Shown here one piece after another: positions 18,032-29,097 of a stretch of DNA of 64,000 bases. The stretch lies in assembly GCA_001797465.1 (NCBI GenBank), contig MGPQ01000009.1, positions 65,009 to 129,008 on the forward strand, written 5' to 3'. How positions within the stretch are numbered: position 1 is the stretch's first letter; every line of letters begins with the position of its first letter. This DNA comes from Deltaproteobacteria bacterium GWB2_55_19. GTDB taxonomy: Bacteria > Desulfobacterota > GWC2-55-46. Position numbers and translations under genes: made by a program. The notes below the pieces were generated by a model that saw only the letters and a program-made list of their open reading frames with translations, did not search any database and was not told the DNA's origin.

Positions 18032-19813
18032 CTATGCCTTCTTCGCCACCCTTATGAATATCTCATCGAGTTGTTTCTGGTCTACGGGCGACGGCGCGTC
18101 GCTCATGACGTCTGTCGCCTTCTGCGTCTTGGGAAAGGCTATGCAGTCGCGGATAGATTCGGACCCGGTCATTATGGCCATTATCCTGTCGAGGCCGAAG
18201 GCTATGCCTCCGTGCGGCGGCGTGCCGTACTTCAGGGCCTCGAGAAGGAAGCCGAACCGCTCCTCCGCCTCTTCCTTCGCGATGCCGAGCTTTTCGAAGA
18301 CCTTTGCCTGGACGTCGGACCTGTGGATTCGGATAGAGCCGCCGCCTATCTCGGAGCCGTTAAGGACGAGGTCGTAGGCCTTTGCCCTGACCTTCAGGGG
18401 ATCGGTGTCGAGATAGGCGAGGTCCTCGTCCATCGGCGCGGTGAAGGGGTGGTGTACGGCGACGTATCTTTTTTCCGCGTCGTCGTAATCGAAGCTCGGA
18501 AAATCAGTCACCCATACGAAGTTGAGCCTGTCTTTGGGGATGAGGTCAAGCCTTCCGCCGATGTTGGTGCGGAGCCTCCCCAAAACCGTGTTCGCGACGG
18601 ACGGTTTATCTGCGGCAAAAAGTATGAGGTCGCCTGTAACAGCGCCGAGGGCCTTCGCGGTACCCTCTTTTTCAGCGTCCGAGAGGAACTTCGCTATGGG
18701 AGACTGCCAGCCCTCTTCGGTAACCTTGACCCAGGCGAGGCCCTTTGCGCCGAAGGATACGGCTATTTCGGTCAAGTCGTCGAGGTCCTTTCTTGAAAAT
18801 GTGGCCCCGCCTTTTACGCATATCGCCTTTATAACGCCTTTTTTTGAGGCGGCGTCGGCAAAGACCTTGAAGCCGGAGCCTGAAAGGAGCGCGGTCAGAT
18901 CGACAAGCTCGAGCGCGAAACGGGTGTCCGGGTTATCCACCCCGAACCTGCCGACCGCCTCGGCGTAGGTCAAGCGAGCGAAGGGGGGCGCAAGGACCAC
19001 GCCCGACTCCTTGAATATCTCTACGACGAGCCCTTCCATGACTGAGATGACGTCTTCCCTGTCGACAAAGCTCATCTCCGCGTCTATCTGAGTAAACTCG
19101 GGCTGTCGGTCCGCGCGGAGGTCCTCGTCCCTGAAGCATTTGACTATCTGGAAGTACCTGTCGAAACCCGATATCATGAGTATCTGTTTGAAGAGCTGGG
19201 GCGACTGTGGGAGCGCGTAGAACGCACCCGGGTTAAGCCTGCTCGGCACGAGGTAATCGCGCGCGCCCTCGGGCGTGGACTTTGTAAGCACAGGCGTCTC
19301 TATCTCAAGGAAGCCGTTCCTCGTCAGATAGTTCCGGGTAGCCATCGCGACCTTGTGCCGGAGCATGAGTTTTCTCTGGAGCGGCGCCCTGCGAAGATCT
19401 AGGTAGCGGTACTTGAGCCTCGTCATCTCGGCGACGTCCGTATCGTCCTCTATCATGAAGGGGAGCGGCGCGGAATCGTTAAGCACAATGATCTCCGTGA
19501 CCGCGACCTCTACTTCGCCTGTCTTAAGGTCCGGGTTCACCGTACCCTCGGGCCTCTTCTGCACGACGCCCTTTACGGCGATGACGAATTCGCTCCGGAG
19601 GTTATGCGCCTTCTCGTGCACGGCCGAATCGGTCTCCGGGTTGAATACGAGCTGGACGAGCCCTTCCCTGTCTCTTAAGTCGATGAATATGAGGCCGCCG
19701 TGGTCCCTCCTCCTCTGGACCCATCCCATGAGGCCGATCTTCTCGCCTGTCTGAGACGTCGAGACCTCCCCGGCGTAGCAGGTCCTTCTCCATTCAGCCA
19801 TCTTCTCTATCAA
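18032..19813 (-). CDS. aspS: Aspartate--tRNA ligase (probably non-discriminating Asp/Asn type)
   Basis: [64 protein letters not shown] start 7 nt after GGAGG; RDHGG His and PEG Gly are typical of non-discriminating enzymes. Confidence 0.97.
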   Translation of the reverse strand: MIEKMAEWRRTCYAGEVSTSQTGEKIGLMGWVQRRRDHGGLIFIDLRDREGLVQLVFNPETDSAVHEKAHNLRSEFVIAVKGVVQKRPEGTVNPDLKTGEVEVAVTEIIVLNDSAPLPFMIEDDTDVAEMTRLKYRYLDLRRAPLQRKLMLRHKVAMATRNYLTRNGFLEIETPVLTKSTPEGARDYLVPSRLNPGAFYALPQSPQLFKQILMISGFDRYFQIVKCFRDEDLRADRQPEFTQIDAEMSFVDREDVISVMEGLVVEIFKESGVVLAPPFARLTYAEAVGRFGVDNPDTRFALELVDLTALLSGSGFKVFADAASKKGVIKAICVKGGATFSRKDLDDLTEIAVSFGAKGLAWVKVTEEGWQSPIAKFLSDAEKEGTAKALGAVTGDLILFAADKPSVANTVLGRLRTNIGGRLDLIPKDRLNFVWVTDFPSFDYDDAEKRYVAVHHPFTAPMDEDLAYLDTDPLKVRAKAYDLVLNGSEIGGGSIRIHRSDVQAKVFEKLGIAKEEAEERFGFLLEALKYGTPPHGGIAFGLDRIMAIMTGSESIRDCIAFPKTQKATDVMSDAPSPVDQKQLDEIFIRVAKKA

Positions 19814-20003
19814 TTTAAGACCTCCGGTATTGAAAGAAACTTTTTTTGGCGGCCATAACCAAAACCGCGATACTGGGAATATTCGCATCAAGGCCTGAAT
19901 ACCGCCACGCGCGCCGTGCTGGCGCGGGCGGGATTTGAACTTATATCACATCCGCGGACCCTTTTCAAATCGATAGAAAAAAACATGGTTACAAATTTTT
20001 AGC

Positions 20004-20032
20004 TTGACAGAAAACATGTAGAACGGGATAAT
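20004..20032 (+). promoter_or_regulatory. Sigma70-type promoter for the cytochrome operon
   Basis: TTGACA-N17-GATAAT. Confidence 0.7.
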
Positions 20033-20096
20033 TGCCGCAATTAAAACCCCAAACAACCACATAGTCTGGGAAAAAACACCTTCAAGGAGGCAATCA

Positions 20097-20471
20097 ATGA
20101 AGAGAACTGGCTTCTGGATTCTCCTCCTGGCTTGTATCGGTATGTCTGCGGGCATCTTCGCGCCGTCGGTGACGAACGCGGAGTACGGAGACATAGTACT
20201 GAACAGCAAGTCAGAGAGCATGGAAAAGGCGGGAGTAAGCCCTGTGGTCTTCCCGCACTGGTTCCACAGGATCAGGTTCAAGTGCAAGGTATGCCACGAA
20301 GACATTTTTATCATCAAGAAGGGCGCCAACGACATCAACATGACCGCGATCATGAACGGCGAGTTCTGCGGCAAGTGCCATAACGGCCTTGTGGCATGGG
20401 AGCCGCTCTATTGCGACAGGTGCCATTCCTACAAGGGCAGCAACCCGAACGCGCCCACGAACCAGAACTAA
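20097..20471 (+). CDS. c7-type triheme cytochrome c (exported)
   Basis: Signal peptide; VVFPHWFH, CKVCH, CGKCH, CDRCH. Confidence 0.92.
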   Translation: MKRTGFWILLLACIGMSAGIFAPSVTNAEYGDIVLNSKSESMEKAGVSPVVFPHWFHRIRFKCKVCHEDIFIIKKGANDINMTAIMNGEFCGKCHNGLVAWEPLYCDRCHSYKGSNPNAPTNQN

Positions 20472-20511
20472 TAAATCACACGAGGAACAGTTTGAAAGGA
20501 GGATCGGATAA

Positions 20512-21180
20512 ATGAAAGCATCCAGGCTTTTGAAGGTCGCCCTCCTCTGCTCGCTCACGGTCACATTCGGCTTTGCCGTTAACGGTTCTTTCAGCTCGGC
20601 CGAGTCAGCTACGGCCGCCAAGGAAACCAAGGTAGCCGCTGTAACGACCAAGAAGAGCGACAAGGCGGAGACCAAGCTCGACCCGAACGACCCCTCAAGC
20701 GTTATATATCTTGATACCTCAGGAAAGCCGGCCGGCCTCGGAGACTCATCCAAGCCTCCTTCAATGGCCTATAAGGCGGGACAGGGCTGGCACCCGCAGG
20801 CCCTTTCGGCCACGGGCCTGCCCAAGGACAGGTACGGCCTCATCGACTGGGCCAAGATAGTCAGGGAGAACATCGTAAAGCCCAAGCCCTCGCTCGACGC
20901 GGCCGAGGAAGAGATGCCCCCGCTCAAGATGGACGTGCTCATTCCAGCGAAGGGCGACTTCGTGAACGACGTAATCTACCCGCACGAGATGCACACCTAC
21001 TGGCTTAAATGCGAGGTCTGCCACCCCGGGATATTCGTCCCTGCAAAGGGGTCGAACCCGATGTCCATGGTCGAGATCGCCCAGGGCAAGTGGTGCGGAA
21101 GGTGCCACGGAAAGGTCGCCTTCCCGCTTACCGACTGCAACAGGTGCCACACTTCACCCAAACAGAAGGCCGGGAAGTAG
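20512..21180 (+). CDS. c7-type triheme cytochrome c with N-terminal extension
   Basis: Signal peptide; LPKDRYGLIDW segment; YPHEMH, CEVCH, CGRCH, CNRCH. Confidence 0.92.
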   Translation: MKASRLLKVALLCSLTVTFGFAVNGSFSSAESATAAKETKVAAVTTKKSDKAETKLDPNDPSSVIYLDTSGKPAGLGDSSKPPSMAYKAGQGWHPQALSATGLPKDRYGLIDWAKIVRENIVKPKPSLDAAEEEMPPLKMDVLIPAKGDFVNDVIYPHEMHTYWLKCEVCHPGIFVPAKGSNPMSMVEIAQGKWCGRCHGKVAFPLTDCNRCHTSPKQKAGK

Positions 21181-21186
21181 CCCTTT

Positions 21187-21525
21187 ATGTTAAAACGCCT
21201 GATAATAGCGTCCGCCATTGTGATCGCCATCCCGGCAGCCTCATGGGCCGGGATCGGCGACATAAGGCTTGAGTCCAAGATAGCGTCGATGAAGAAGGCC
21301 GGGGTAGGCCCGGTCGTCTTCCCGCACGACAGGCACGAAAAGTCGATCAAGTGCGCCGAGTGCCACCCGAAGATATTCAAGGACAAGCGCGGGGCGAACG
21401 ACATCTCCATGAAGTTCAACATGGAGGGCAAGTTCTGCGGCTCGCCGAACTGCCACAACAGCCCCAGGACGTTCCCGCTATACCAGTGCGCAAGCTGTCA
21501 TACAGGGGTCGGGGCGGCGAAGTAG
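21187..21525 (+). CDS. c7-type triheme cytochrome c with one CX4CH site
   Basis: Signal peptide; VVFPHDRH, CAECH, CGSPNCH, CASCH. Confidence 0.9.
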   Translation: MLKRLIIASAIVIAIPAASWAGIGDIRLESKIASMKKAGVGPVVFPHDRHEKSIKCAECHPKIFKDKRGANDISMKFNMEGKFCGSPNCHNSPRTFPLYQCASCHTGVGAAK

Positions 21526-21679
21526 CCGCCCCTGCTCTTTTTTTCTTCTCTTTCCTCTCCCACTTTCAATAACAGATAACGGAAAAGCCCAGACCCTCGC
21601 GGGCGGATTCGGCCCCTAATCCTGAGTTCATCAGACCTTTTCATAACCCGTCTGTCTGCATGACACAGGTTTTTTGTGG

Positions 21680-21764
21680 CTGGATGCCCGATAAAAGCCT
21701 CGGGAATGACATGCAAAACCGTTTGTCATGCCGTCGTCTCCGCTCGTTTCAAGCGGGGATCCAG
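21680..21764. repeat. REP-like doublet (CTGGAT...GGAATGAC / GTCAT...GATCCAG)
   Basis: CTGGATGCCCGATAAAAGCCTCGGGAATGAC facing GTCATGCCG...GGGGATCCAG; between convergent genes. Confidence 0.6.
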
Positions 21765-21877
21765 CGTCCTGGGCTCAGCGCGTAAGGAATTTTTCAACAA
21801 GAGGCGCGGTTGGACAACCAAGGGGGAAATATTTCAAAGGTGGGGCATGGTGAAAGGGTATTCAGCGGCATTCTTTC

Positions 21878-22618
21878 CTAAAGCCTTGAAGCCGCGTCCT
21901 TGTCAACGAGCCAGATGAGCTTCCCGGGCCGGACCATCCGCGCCGGGCAAGCCTCCTCGGTCCCCCGAAGAACCTCCCTGAGTATCCCGGCCTTCTCCTT
22001 GCCTGAGACGAGAAAGAGCGCGATAGAGGCGCTGTTGACCGTCTTAAGCGTCATGGTCACGCGGCGGGCCTTCTTCTTCTCCACATAGGTGTCGATGACA
22101 AGCCTCTCCTCCTCCTCGAAGCCCGTCTTTGTAGCCGGGAATATCGAGAGCGTGTGCCCGTCTTTGCCGAGGCCGAGGAGGACCAAATCGAAGGCCGGGG
22201 GCTCTCCGGCCTTGAGGCCGAAGTGGGCCCTTAACTCTTCCTCGTATGCGATGGCCGCGCTCGTTGGCTCGTCCTCGCCTTTTATCCTGTGTATATTCTT
22301 ATCCGGAATTTTTATTTTGGAGAGGAGCGCCCTTGCCGCCATGTTGTAGTTGGATTCAGGGCTCTCCGGCGGCACGCACCGCTCGTCCCCCCAGAAGACG
22401 TGGACCTTTGACCACTCTATTTTATCCGCGTACTCGGCGCCGAGGAGCTCATAAAACATCTCCGGGGTCTTGCCGCCGGAGAGCGCGACTGTGAACCGCC
22501 CCTTGCCCCGTATATTGCGTTCCGCGGCCTCAAGAAAGGTCTCAGCGGCCCTCCGGCTCATCTCCTCGGGGCCGCCTAATACGCATATGCATTCGTCGGG
22601 GCGTTCTGTTATTTCCAT
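21878..22618 (-). CDS. pgl: 6-phosphogluconolactonase
   Basis: ALSGGKTP, FWGDERCVPP, LLGLGKDGHT.S.FP. Confidence 0.95.
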   Translation of the reverse strand: MEITERPDECICVLGGPEEMSRRAAETFLEAAERNIRGKGRFTVALSGGKTPEMFYELLGAEYADKIEWSKVHVFWGDERCVPPESPESNYNMAARALLSKIKIPDKNIHRIKGEDEPTSAAIAYEEELRAHFGLKAGEPPAFDLVLLGLGKDGHTLSIFPATKTGFEEEERLVIDTYVEKKKARRVTMTLKTVNSASIALFLVSGKEKAGILREVLRGTEEACPARMVRPGKLIWLVDKDAASRL

Positions 22619-22678
22619 TTGACCTGGCGCCGGATAATCCGCGCTCGCGTTCCGTGAGACCGCGCCCTGATATCCGCC

Positions 22679-23689
22679 CTACCCAACCCTTACGACCCGC
22701 CTCTTGTCATCGGGCGTAAGGAGCCCCGCCGCATGCGCCGCGGCCCCTGTGAGCCCTGCCTTGCAGTCCATTACCACATGGACGGGGATCTTCGAGAGCA
22801 GTCCCTCGAGCCTCCCCTTTGCCCTGAAGGCTTCGATGAAGCAGGGCTTTTCAAAAGCCTTAAGCACCTTCGGGGCTATGCCTCCGGCCACAAAGACCCC
22901 TCCGATGGAGAGGGCCTTGAGCGCGAGGTTACCGGCCTCCGCGCCGTATATTGAGAGGAAAAGGGCGAGCGCGTCAGTACAGTTCCCGTCGCTACCCGCC
23001 ATGCCTTCCTCCGTAATGACCGCCGAAGGGTCATCGGTTGCGAGCCTCATCCTTATGCGCCCGGGCTCTGCCTTACCCTTTGTCTTTATGAAGTTGTAGA
23101 TGTTGACGATACCCGGGCCTGAGACCACCCTTTCGTAACTGACGCGCCCGTACTCGCCAATGAGGTGTTCGAGTAGCCCTATTTCGAGTGAGTTCCTCGG
23201 CGCGAAGTCCGCGTGCCCGCCCTCGGATGGCGAAGGGACGTATTTGTCTCCGTCACGGAACAAGACCGCCTCGCCGAGCCCGGTGCCCGCCGCGATGAGC
23301 GCGATGTTGCCGTCTCTCCGCTCCCCCTTCTGGAGGGTATAAAGGTCCTTATCCTTAAGGAGGGGCAGCCCCCAGGCTATCGCAACGAGGTCGTTTATGA
23401 GCGCCGTCTTCCCTATGCCGAACCTCTCCCCTATGGCCCTTGCGTCTATCAGCCACGGGAAGTTGGTGAGCCTGCATGCGCCCTCTTCGACCGGGCAGGC
23501 GATCCCGAAGGACGCGGCAGAGACCGCCTCATTCCCGGGGAGGAACCTCTTGATGACCTCCTCGGGGCCGGTAAAGGCCGCGTTCGCGAAAGACTCCTCA
23601 TGGAGCGGACGTAGCGACGTACCCATGTCCTCAAAGAGCCCGAGCCGGGTATTTGTACCGCCTATGTCTCCGGCGAGGATGAGCCCCAT
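22679..23689 (-). CDS. glk: Glucokinase
   Basis: LAGDIGGTNTR, LIND, AGTGLG, SEGGH, ERVVSGPG, GGIAPK. Confidence 0.95.
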   Translation of the reverse strand: MGLILAGDIGGTNTRLGLFEDMGTSLRPLHEESFANAAFTGPEEVIKRFLPGNEAVSAASFGIACPVEEGACRLTNFPWLIDARAIGERFGIGKTALINDLVAIAWGLPLLKDKDLYTLQKGERRDGNIALIAAGTGLGEAVLFRDGDKYVPSPSEGGHADFAPRNSLEIGLLEHLIGEYGRVSYERVVSGPGIVNIYNFIKTKGKAEPGRIRMRLATDDPSAVITEEGMAGSDGNCTDALALFLSIYGAEAGNLALKALSIGGVFVAGGIAPKVLKAFEKPCFIEAFRAKGRLEGLLSKIPVHVVMDCKAGLTGAAAHAAGLLTPDDKRRVVRVG

Positions 23690-25255
23690 CTATTCGTTCC
23701 TCCAGTGGCGTCCGTCCTTTGAGATGAACCTGTCCGCTTCAGCCGGCCCGTGGCTCCCGGCCTTGTAGAGGTTCACCTCAGGCGCGCCCTTGCCGTTTTT
23801 CTCGATGTATTCGAGTATGGGGGTCAGGAATTCCCACGAGAGAGAGACCCCGTCCTTTCTTACGAAGAGCGTCTTGTCCCCGATCATGCAGTCCGTGAGC
23901 ACCCGCTCATAGGCCCCGAGCGTGAGCCCTTTGTACCCGTCCAGGTACGAGAAATCCATGAAGACGTCGCGCAGACACACCCTGGAGCCCGGGGACTTCG
24001 TGTGGAACTTAAGCTGGATCCTCTCCTCAGGCTGTATCTTGAGTATCAGCGTGTTCGGCCCGATCTCTTCGCCTATGGTGTCCCTGAACATGAGGTGCGG
24101 GACGCTCCTGAACTGGACAGAGACCTCTGAGAGCCTTTTTCCGAGCCTCTTGCCGGAGCGCAGATAAATGGGCACCCCCTGCCATCTCCAGTTGTCTATG
24201 TATACGCGCATCGCGGCAAAGGTCGGCACCAGGGATTCCTTCGCCACCCCCTCCTCCTCCCTGTAACCGGGGACTGTTTTCCCGTCTATCTCGCCCCCGG
24301 CGTACTGGCCGAGGCAGAGCCAGTCGTTTATATCCTCAAGCGGCGGCCTCCTGAGCGCCAGAAGCACCTTTGACCGCTCGTCCCTTACAAGCTCAGGGTC
24401 GTAGACCGAAGGCGGCTCCATAGCCGCGAGGGCGAGGACCTGCGACATGTGGTTCTGGAACATGTCCCTTAAGACCCCGGCCTGCTCGTAGTACCCGGCG
24501 CGCCTCTCCACCCCGAGCGTCTCGGCGACTGTTATCTGGACGTGGTCGATGTAGTGCCTGTTCCAGAGCGGCTCGAATATCGTGTTCGCGAACCTGAGCA
24601 TGAGGATGTTCTGGACCGTTTCCTTGCCGAGGTAATGGTCGATCCTATAAACCTGCGGCTCTGAAAATGACGAGAGCACCGCGCTGTCAAGCCTCCTCGC
24701 GCTCGCAGTATCCCGCCCGTAAGGTTTTTCCACGACGAGCCGGGTCCAGCCGGACCTTTCCCCGGCGAGCCCGGAAGAGCCCAGGAGCCCCGCTATCGTC
24801 TCATAGACCGAGGGAGGGGTCGCGACATAAAATATCCTGTTGCCCCCGGTGCCGAAAGGGACCTCTTTCTCTTCGAGGAAACGCGCTATCGTAGCGTACG
24901 CGCCCTCGTCATTGTAATCGGCGGCGATATAGAAGAGCCTTTTAGCGAACCCCTCCCACGCGGCGGAGTCGAACTCTCCGGAGGCCTTCAGGGCCTCCTC
25001 CATCGCAATTCTAAAACCATCATGGTCCATCTCAGTCCTCGCTACCCCGAGGACGAAGAACTCCTCGCCTATTATGTCGGCGAGAAAAAGCTTGAAGAGC
25101 GCGGGGATGAGCTTTCTCCTCGTCAGGTCGCCGGAGGCGCCGAATATTACCATCGCGCACGGGTCAGGGGAGGCATCCACGCAAGGAGTCTTGCGGGGCT
25201 CCGCTTTTCCGGCCTTTATCCGTTGAAAGGGGCCGCTTTGAAAGTTATCCGGCAT
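23690..25255 (-). CDS. zwf: Glucose-6-phosphate 1-dehydrogenase
   Basis: [42 protein letters not shown]. Confidence 0.97.
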   Translation of the reverse strand: MPDNFQSGPFQRIKAGKAEPRKTPCVDASPDPCAMVIFGASGDLTRRKLIPALFKLFLADIIGEEFFVLGVARTEMDHDGFRIAMEEALKASGEFDSAAWEGFAKRLFYIAADYNDEGAYATIARFLEEKEVPFGTGGNRIFYVATPPSVYETIAGLLGSSGLAGERSGWTRLVVEKPYGRDTASARRLDSAVLSSFSEPQVYRIDHYLGKETVQNILMLRFANTIFEPLWNRHYIDHVQITVAETLGVERRAGYYEQAGVLRDMFQNHMSQVLALAAMEPPSVYDPELVRDERSKVLLALRRPPLEDINDWLCLGQYAGGEIDGKTVPGYREEEGVAKESLVPTFAAMRVYIDNWRWQGVPIYLRSGKRLGKRLSEVSVQFRSVPHLMFRDTIGEEIGPNTLILKIQPEERIQLKFHTKSPGSRVCLRDVFMDFSYLDGYKGLTLGAYERVLTDCMIGDKTLFVRKDGVSLSWEFLTPILEYIEKNGKGAPEVNLYKAGSHGPAEADRFISKDGRHWRNE

Positions 25256-25311
25256 AATGGGTTCCGAGAGTCTTGTTTTTATTGGGGAGGCGCGGCAAGT
25301 TTATCTTGCGC

Positions 25312-26220
25312 TCATTCGCCTTCGGATTTTACGGAGTGGCCGCCGAATTCCTTCCTGAGCGCGGCGAGGACCTTTTCGGCGAACGAGTCATCCTGCCTGG
25401 AGCGGAACCTCCTGAAGAGCGCTTCCGTTATGACCGGCAGGCTTACGCTTAAATCCAGAGCCTCTTTCACGGTCCAGCGCCCCTCGCCGGAGTCTTCAAC
25501 GAAGCCGCTTATGGCCGAGAGCCCCGGGTCCCTTGAGAGCGCCGTTTCCAGGAGCTCCAAGAGCCACGAACGGACTACGCTCCCCCTCATCCAGAGGCGG
25601 GCGATGTTTTTAAGATCGAGCTCCTCTCCGTAACCAGAGGCCTTCATGAGCTCGAACCCTTCGGCGTAAGCCTCCATTAGCCCGTACTCTATGCCGTTAT
25701 GCGCCATCTTGACGAAGTGGCCTGAGCCCGGCCCGCCGCAACGGAGGTATCCGCCCTCCTGGGCAAGGCTTTTAAATATCGGGCCTATCAAGCCGCATAC
25801 GGCCGCCTCTCCCCCGGCCATGATGCAGTAGCCTTCGGTAAGGCCCCAGATGCCGCCGCTTACGCCCGCGTCGATGAAATGTATGCCGATTGCGGCGAGA
25901 TCCTTATGCCTTCGGAGAGAGTCCTTGTAGAAGCTGTTGCCCCCGTCTATTATTATGTCGCCGGGGGCAAGCCCCTTTTTAAGGACCGCGATAGTCGAGT
26001 CCACCGCCTCCCCTGCCGGGACCATCAGCCAGACGGCCTTTGGAGACGGAAGCGCGGAGGCGAGGGCTTCGAGCGTATACGCGCCCTTTATCCCGAGTCC
26101 CTCGGCCTTCTTCGTCCTCTCCGAAGACCTGTCGAAGGCTGTTACAACATGGCCGTCCTGGACGAGGCGGAGCGCCATGTTCATGCCCATGCGCCCGAGT
26201 CCCACCATTCCTATGCGCAA
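25312..26220 (-). CDS. gnd: 6-phosphogluconate dehydrogenase, decarboxylating (short form)
   Basis: GLGRMG, IDGGNS, DAGVSGG, GHFVKMAHNGIEYG, DSGEGRW, FGGH. Confidence 0.95.
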   Translation of the reverse strand: MRIGMVGLGRMGMNMALRLVQDGHVVTAFDRSSERTKKAEGLGIKGAYTLEALASALPSPKAVWLMVPAGEAVDSTIAVLKKGLAPGDIIIDGGNSFYKDSLRRHKDLAAIGIHFIDAGVSGGIWGLTEGYCIMAGGEAAVCGLIGPIFKSLAQEGGYLRCGGPGSGHFVKMAHNGIEYGLMEAYAEGFELMKASGYGEELDLKNIARLWMRGSVVRSWLLELLETALSRDPGLSAISGFVEDSGEGRWTVKEALDLSVSLPVITEALFRRFRSRQDDSFAEKVLAALRKEFGGHSVKSEGE

Positions 26221-26232
26221 GATACCCTCCTT

Positions 26233-29097
26233 TTACCTACGCGACGCTTCCACCGCGCCCTTTATGAGGATAGAAGCCTCCCTAAGCGCCTCTATCGACG
26301 GGTCTTTTATGTTGACGAGCGCGACCCTGCACCCGCGGGAATCCAGCGCCTCCATGTCGCCGAAGGCCTGGGATAACTCAAGCTCTGAAAAGCTGAACGC
26401 GCTCCCGGGTATCTTTATATCGTCCTTCGTCTCGTGGCAGAGGATGAGGAAAACCCCCTTGTTGGCCCCGCCCTTGTGGAGCTGTCCGGTTGAGTGGAGG
26501 TAGCGGGGGCCGTACCCGAACTGGGTCGCCGCGCCAATCGCGTCCCTGAGCGTCTTTCTCAAATCCATGAGTGTCTCGTCAATTGCACGGTCGTTGGGGT
26601 CGAAGTACGCGAGCACGCCAATGTAGTCGCCCTTTTTTATGAGCCCCATGAAGTCCTTCATGGCCTTTTTCACGTCCCCGCCTTTAGCCAAAGGTTTCTT
26701 GATGAGCTTGCAGGCGGCCTCCCCGAAGTATACCCTGAGCTTCTTGTCCCTGATCTCAACACCCGGGGGCGAGATCATCCCCTTCTCTATCGCCAGGAGG
26801 CGCGCCCTCGTGAGCTTCTTCGCAAGCTCCACGTCAGGCTGGTCAAATGGGTTTATGCCGAGTATCTGCCCGGCGACGGCCGTCGCCACCTCCCAGCGGA
26901 GGAACTCTCCGCCGAGCTCGTATATGTCCTTCATCCTGAAAGAGATGACCGGGTGTCCGGCCTCGACGAGCGCCTTGAGCGTTTTTTTGAGGTCTTTATC
27001 CTCTTCCTTTACGCAGATGGAGACGAAGACCCTGTCGTCGCCGTAGTCCTCAGTCCGGCCCAAAGGCTCGCCAACGACGGGTACGAGCCCCTTGCCCTCC
27101 TTGCCGGTCGATTCGGCGACGAGCTGCTCTATCCAGAGCCCGAATGTAGCGGCCTCCCTTGAGAGGACGAAGGTTATCTTGTCCCTGCCGGCTCTGCCTA
27201 ATATGCCGAGAGCGGCGCCGAGCATGACGACCGGGTTTTCCCTCTCCTTCATGCACGGGTGCGTTGCCGCGGATATCCCGCTCGCTGAATGGATGAGCTT
27301 CTCTATGTCTATCCCGGATATGGCCGCCGGCACAAGCCCGAAATAAGAGAGCGCCGAGAACCTCCCGCCTATGTCGCGCGGGTTGATAAACAGCCTCTTG
27401 AACCCGTACTTTCTGGAGAACCCCTCAAGGGGCGTGTCTGCGTCGGTTATGGCGATGAAGTTCCTGCCCGCCTCCTCGCCCACTGTCTCGTATACAAGGC
27501 CGTAGAAGTACTCGAAGAGGCTCAAGGGCTCTATCGTCGTCCCCGACTTGCTCGATACGATAAAGAGGGTCTTTTGAGGGTCTATCTCTTTCGTGACCGC
27601 CCTTACGGCCTCGGGGTCGGTGGAGTCCAGCACGATGAGCGCGGGATATCCCGGGACAGGACCGAAGGCGTTGCGGAGCACGAGCGGCGCGAGGCTTGAG
27701 CCACCCATGCCGAAGAGGACCGCGTGGAAATAGCCTTCTTTTTTGACGCCGGTTGCGAACGATGTGATGGCCTCGAGGTTATCCTCCATGAGGTCGGGGA
27801 GCGTCAGCCAGCCGAGCGCATCCTTTATGAGCCTCCTCTCCTCGGGCCCGTCCTTCCATATGGTCGGGTCCTTTGCCCATAGCCTCCCAAGGAAGTTCTT
27901 GTTCCCTATCTCGTCGATGGCAACTGTGACCGCCCCCTCGAAACCGCTGAGCGCGTAGCTCGCTTCGAACTTCCTATCCTTCATACCCTTCCTCTTCGCT
28001 ACTATCGCCTCGGTTATCAGCCCTTGGGACTTTTTTTGAGAAGCGAGAGCGTCTGCGAGAAGCGCTTCCGTTGTAGCTTTGTAATCGAAGCCGAGGGAGA
28101 CCATCTCGGATATCACCTTGCTTGAAGACCCCGCGTCTGAGGGTTTGTGCCTCGCCTTGCCGTGGTCGTGGAAGGCGAGGAGCGTATGGAGCGGCATGGC
28201 GATTATGGTGCCGTCCTCGGCAAGCTCCTCCACGTACATGGTGTCCGGGTATCTCGTGTTCTTTACGCTCGTGGAGACCCAGAGGAGCCTCTGCGGGTTA
28301 GCTCCCTCGTCCCTCAATCTTGTAAAGCCCGCCCCTTCGAATATCTCCCTTGATTTGAGTAACGCGAGCCTGGCGTTAGCAACAGAGCACCTGCCTAGTA
28401 GGGCCCTCAAGCGCGCCTTCTCGTCGTTCGACGCTGAGGCCGCCACCCGCTCCTCGATCCTCTTGTCGATATGGCTGTCGAACCTGCTCACTTCGAAGCT
28501 CGCCACACTCGCCACATTGTCTATGGGGCGACCTGCCCCGACCCTCCGCTCCAGCCCCTTTACATACGCCAGGGCGGCCTCCATGTAGCGCTCTATGGAG
28601 AAAAGGTGCGTGACGTTCAGATTGATGCCCTCGAAGGCCAGCTCCTCTATGGATGCAATCCCCTCGGAGGTGGCCGGGACCTTGACCATGAAGTTAGGCC
28701 TGTCGACGAGCGCGGCGAGGGCGCGTCCCCCAGAGACCATGGACGCTGGGTCGGCAAGGAGGCGCGCGTCGATCTCCAGGCAGGCGAAGCCGTCTTTTCC
28801 ATTTGAGCGGTCGTATACGTCCATGAGGGCGTCTGAGGCGAGCCTCGCGTCCATCGCAAGTATCCTCGACGCGATATCCCCGTCGGTAAGCCCCTCTGTG
28901 GAGAGCTTCTCTATGTCGTCGTCGTACTCCGGGGTGCCGCTTACGGCCCTCTCGAATATGGACTGGTTGGAAGTCACGCCTGTGACGCCGTACTCGTCCA
29001 TCATCCTTTTTAATTCGCCGGAGGAGACGAGCGCCTTGCGGAGGTTGTCATACCAGATGCTTTGGCCGAGCTTCCTGAGGATAAACAAGGGGTCCAT
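26233..29097 (-). CDS. Transaldolase-like / glucose-6-phosphate isomerase fusion
   Basis: N-terminal GQSIWYD, GVTSN, KVPAT; C-terminal GMGGSSL, SSKSGTT.E, IGGRFSALS, EQLVAESTGK, NPFDQPDV, PRYLHSTGQLHKGG. Confidence 0.92.
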   Translation of the reverse strand: MDPLFILRKLGQSIWYDNLRKALVSSGELKRMMDEYGVTGVTSNQSIFERAVSGTPEYDDDIEKLSTEGLTDGDIASRILAMDARLASDALMDVYDRSNGKDGFACLEIDARLLADPASMVSGGRALAALVDRPNFMVKVPATSEGIASIEELAFEGINLNVTHLFSIERYMEAALAYVKGLERRVGAGRPIDNVASVASFEVSRFDSHIDKRIEERVAASASNDEKARLRALLGRCSVANARLALLKSREIFEGAGFTRLRDEGANPQRLLWVSTSVKNTRYPDTMYVEELAEDGTIIAMPLHTLLAFHDHGKARHKPSDAGSSSKVISEMVSLGFDYKATTEALLADALASQKKSQGLITEAIVAKRKGMKDRKFEASYALSGFEGAVTVAIDEIGNKNFLGRLWAKDPTIWKDGPEERRLIKDALGWLTLPDLMEDNLEAITSFATGVKKEGYFHAVLFGMGGSSLAPLVLRNAFGPVPGYPALIVLDSTDPEAVRAVTKEIDPQKTLFIVSSKSGTTIEPLSLFEYFYGLVYETVGEEAGRNFIAITDADTPLEGFSRKYGFKRLFINPRDIGGRFSALSYFGLVPAAISGIDIEKLIHSASGISAATHPCMKERENPVVMLGAALGILGRAGRDKITFVLSREAATFGLWIEQLVAESTGKEGKGLVPVVGEPLGRTEDYGDDRVFVSICVKEEDKDLKKTLKALVEAGHPVISFRMKDIYELGGEFLRWEVATAVAGQILGINPFDQPDVELAKKLTRARLLAIEKGMISPPGVEIRDKKLRVYFGEAACKLIKKPLAKGGDVKKAMKDFMGLIKKGDYIGVLAYFDPNDRAIDETLMDLRKTLRDAIGAATQFGYGPRYLHSTGQLHKGGANKGVFLILCHETKDDIKIPGSAFSFSELELSQAFGDMEALDSRGCRVALVNIKDPSIEALREASILIKGAVEASRR

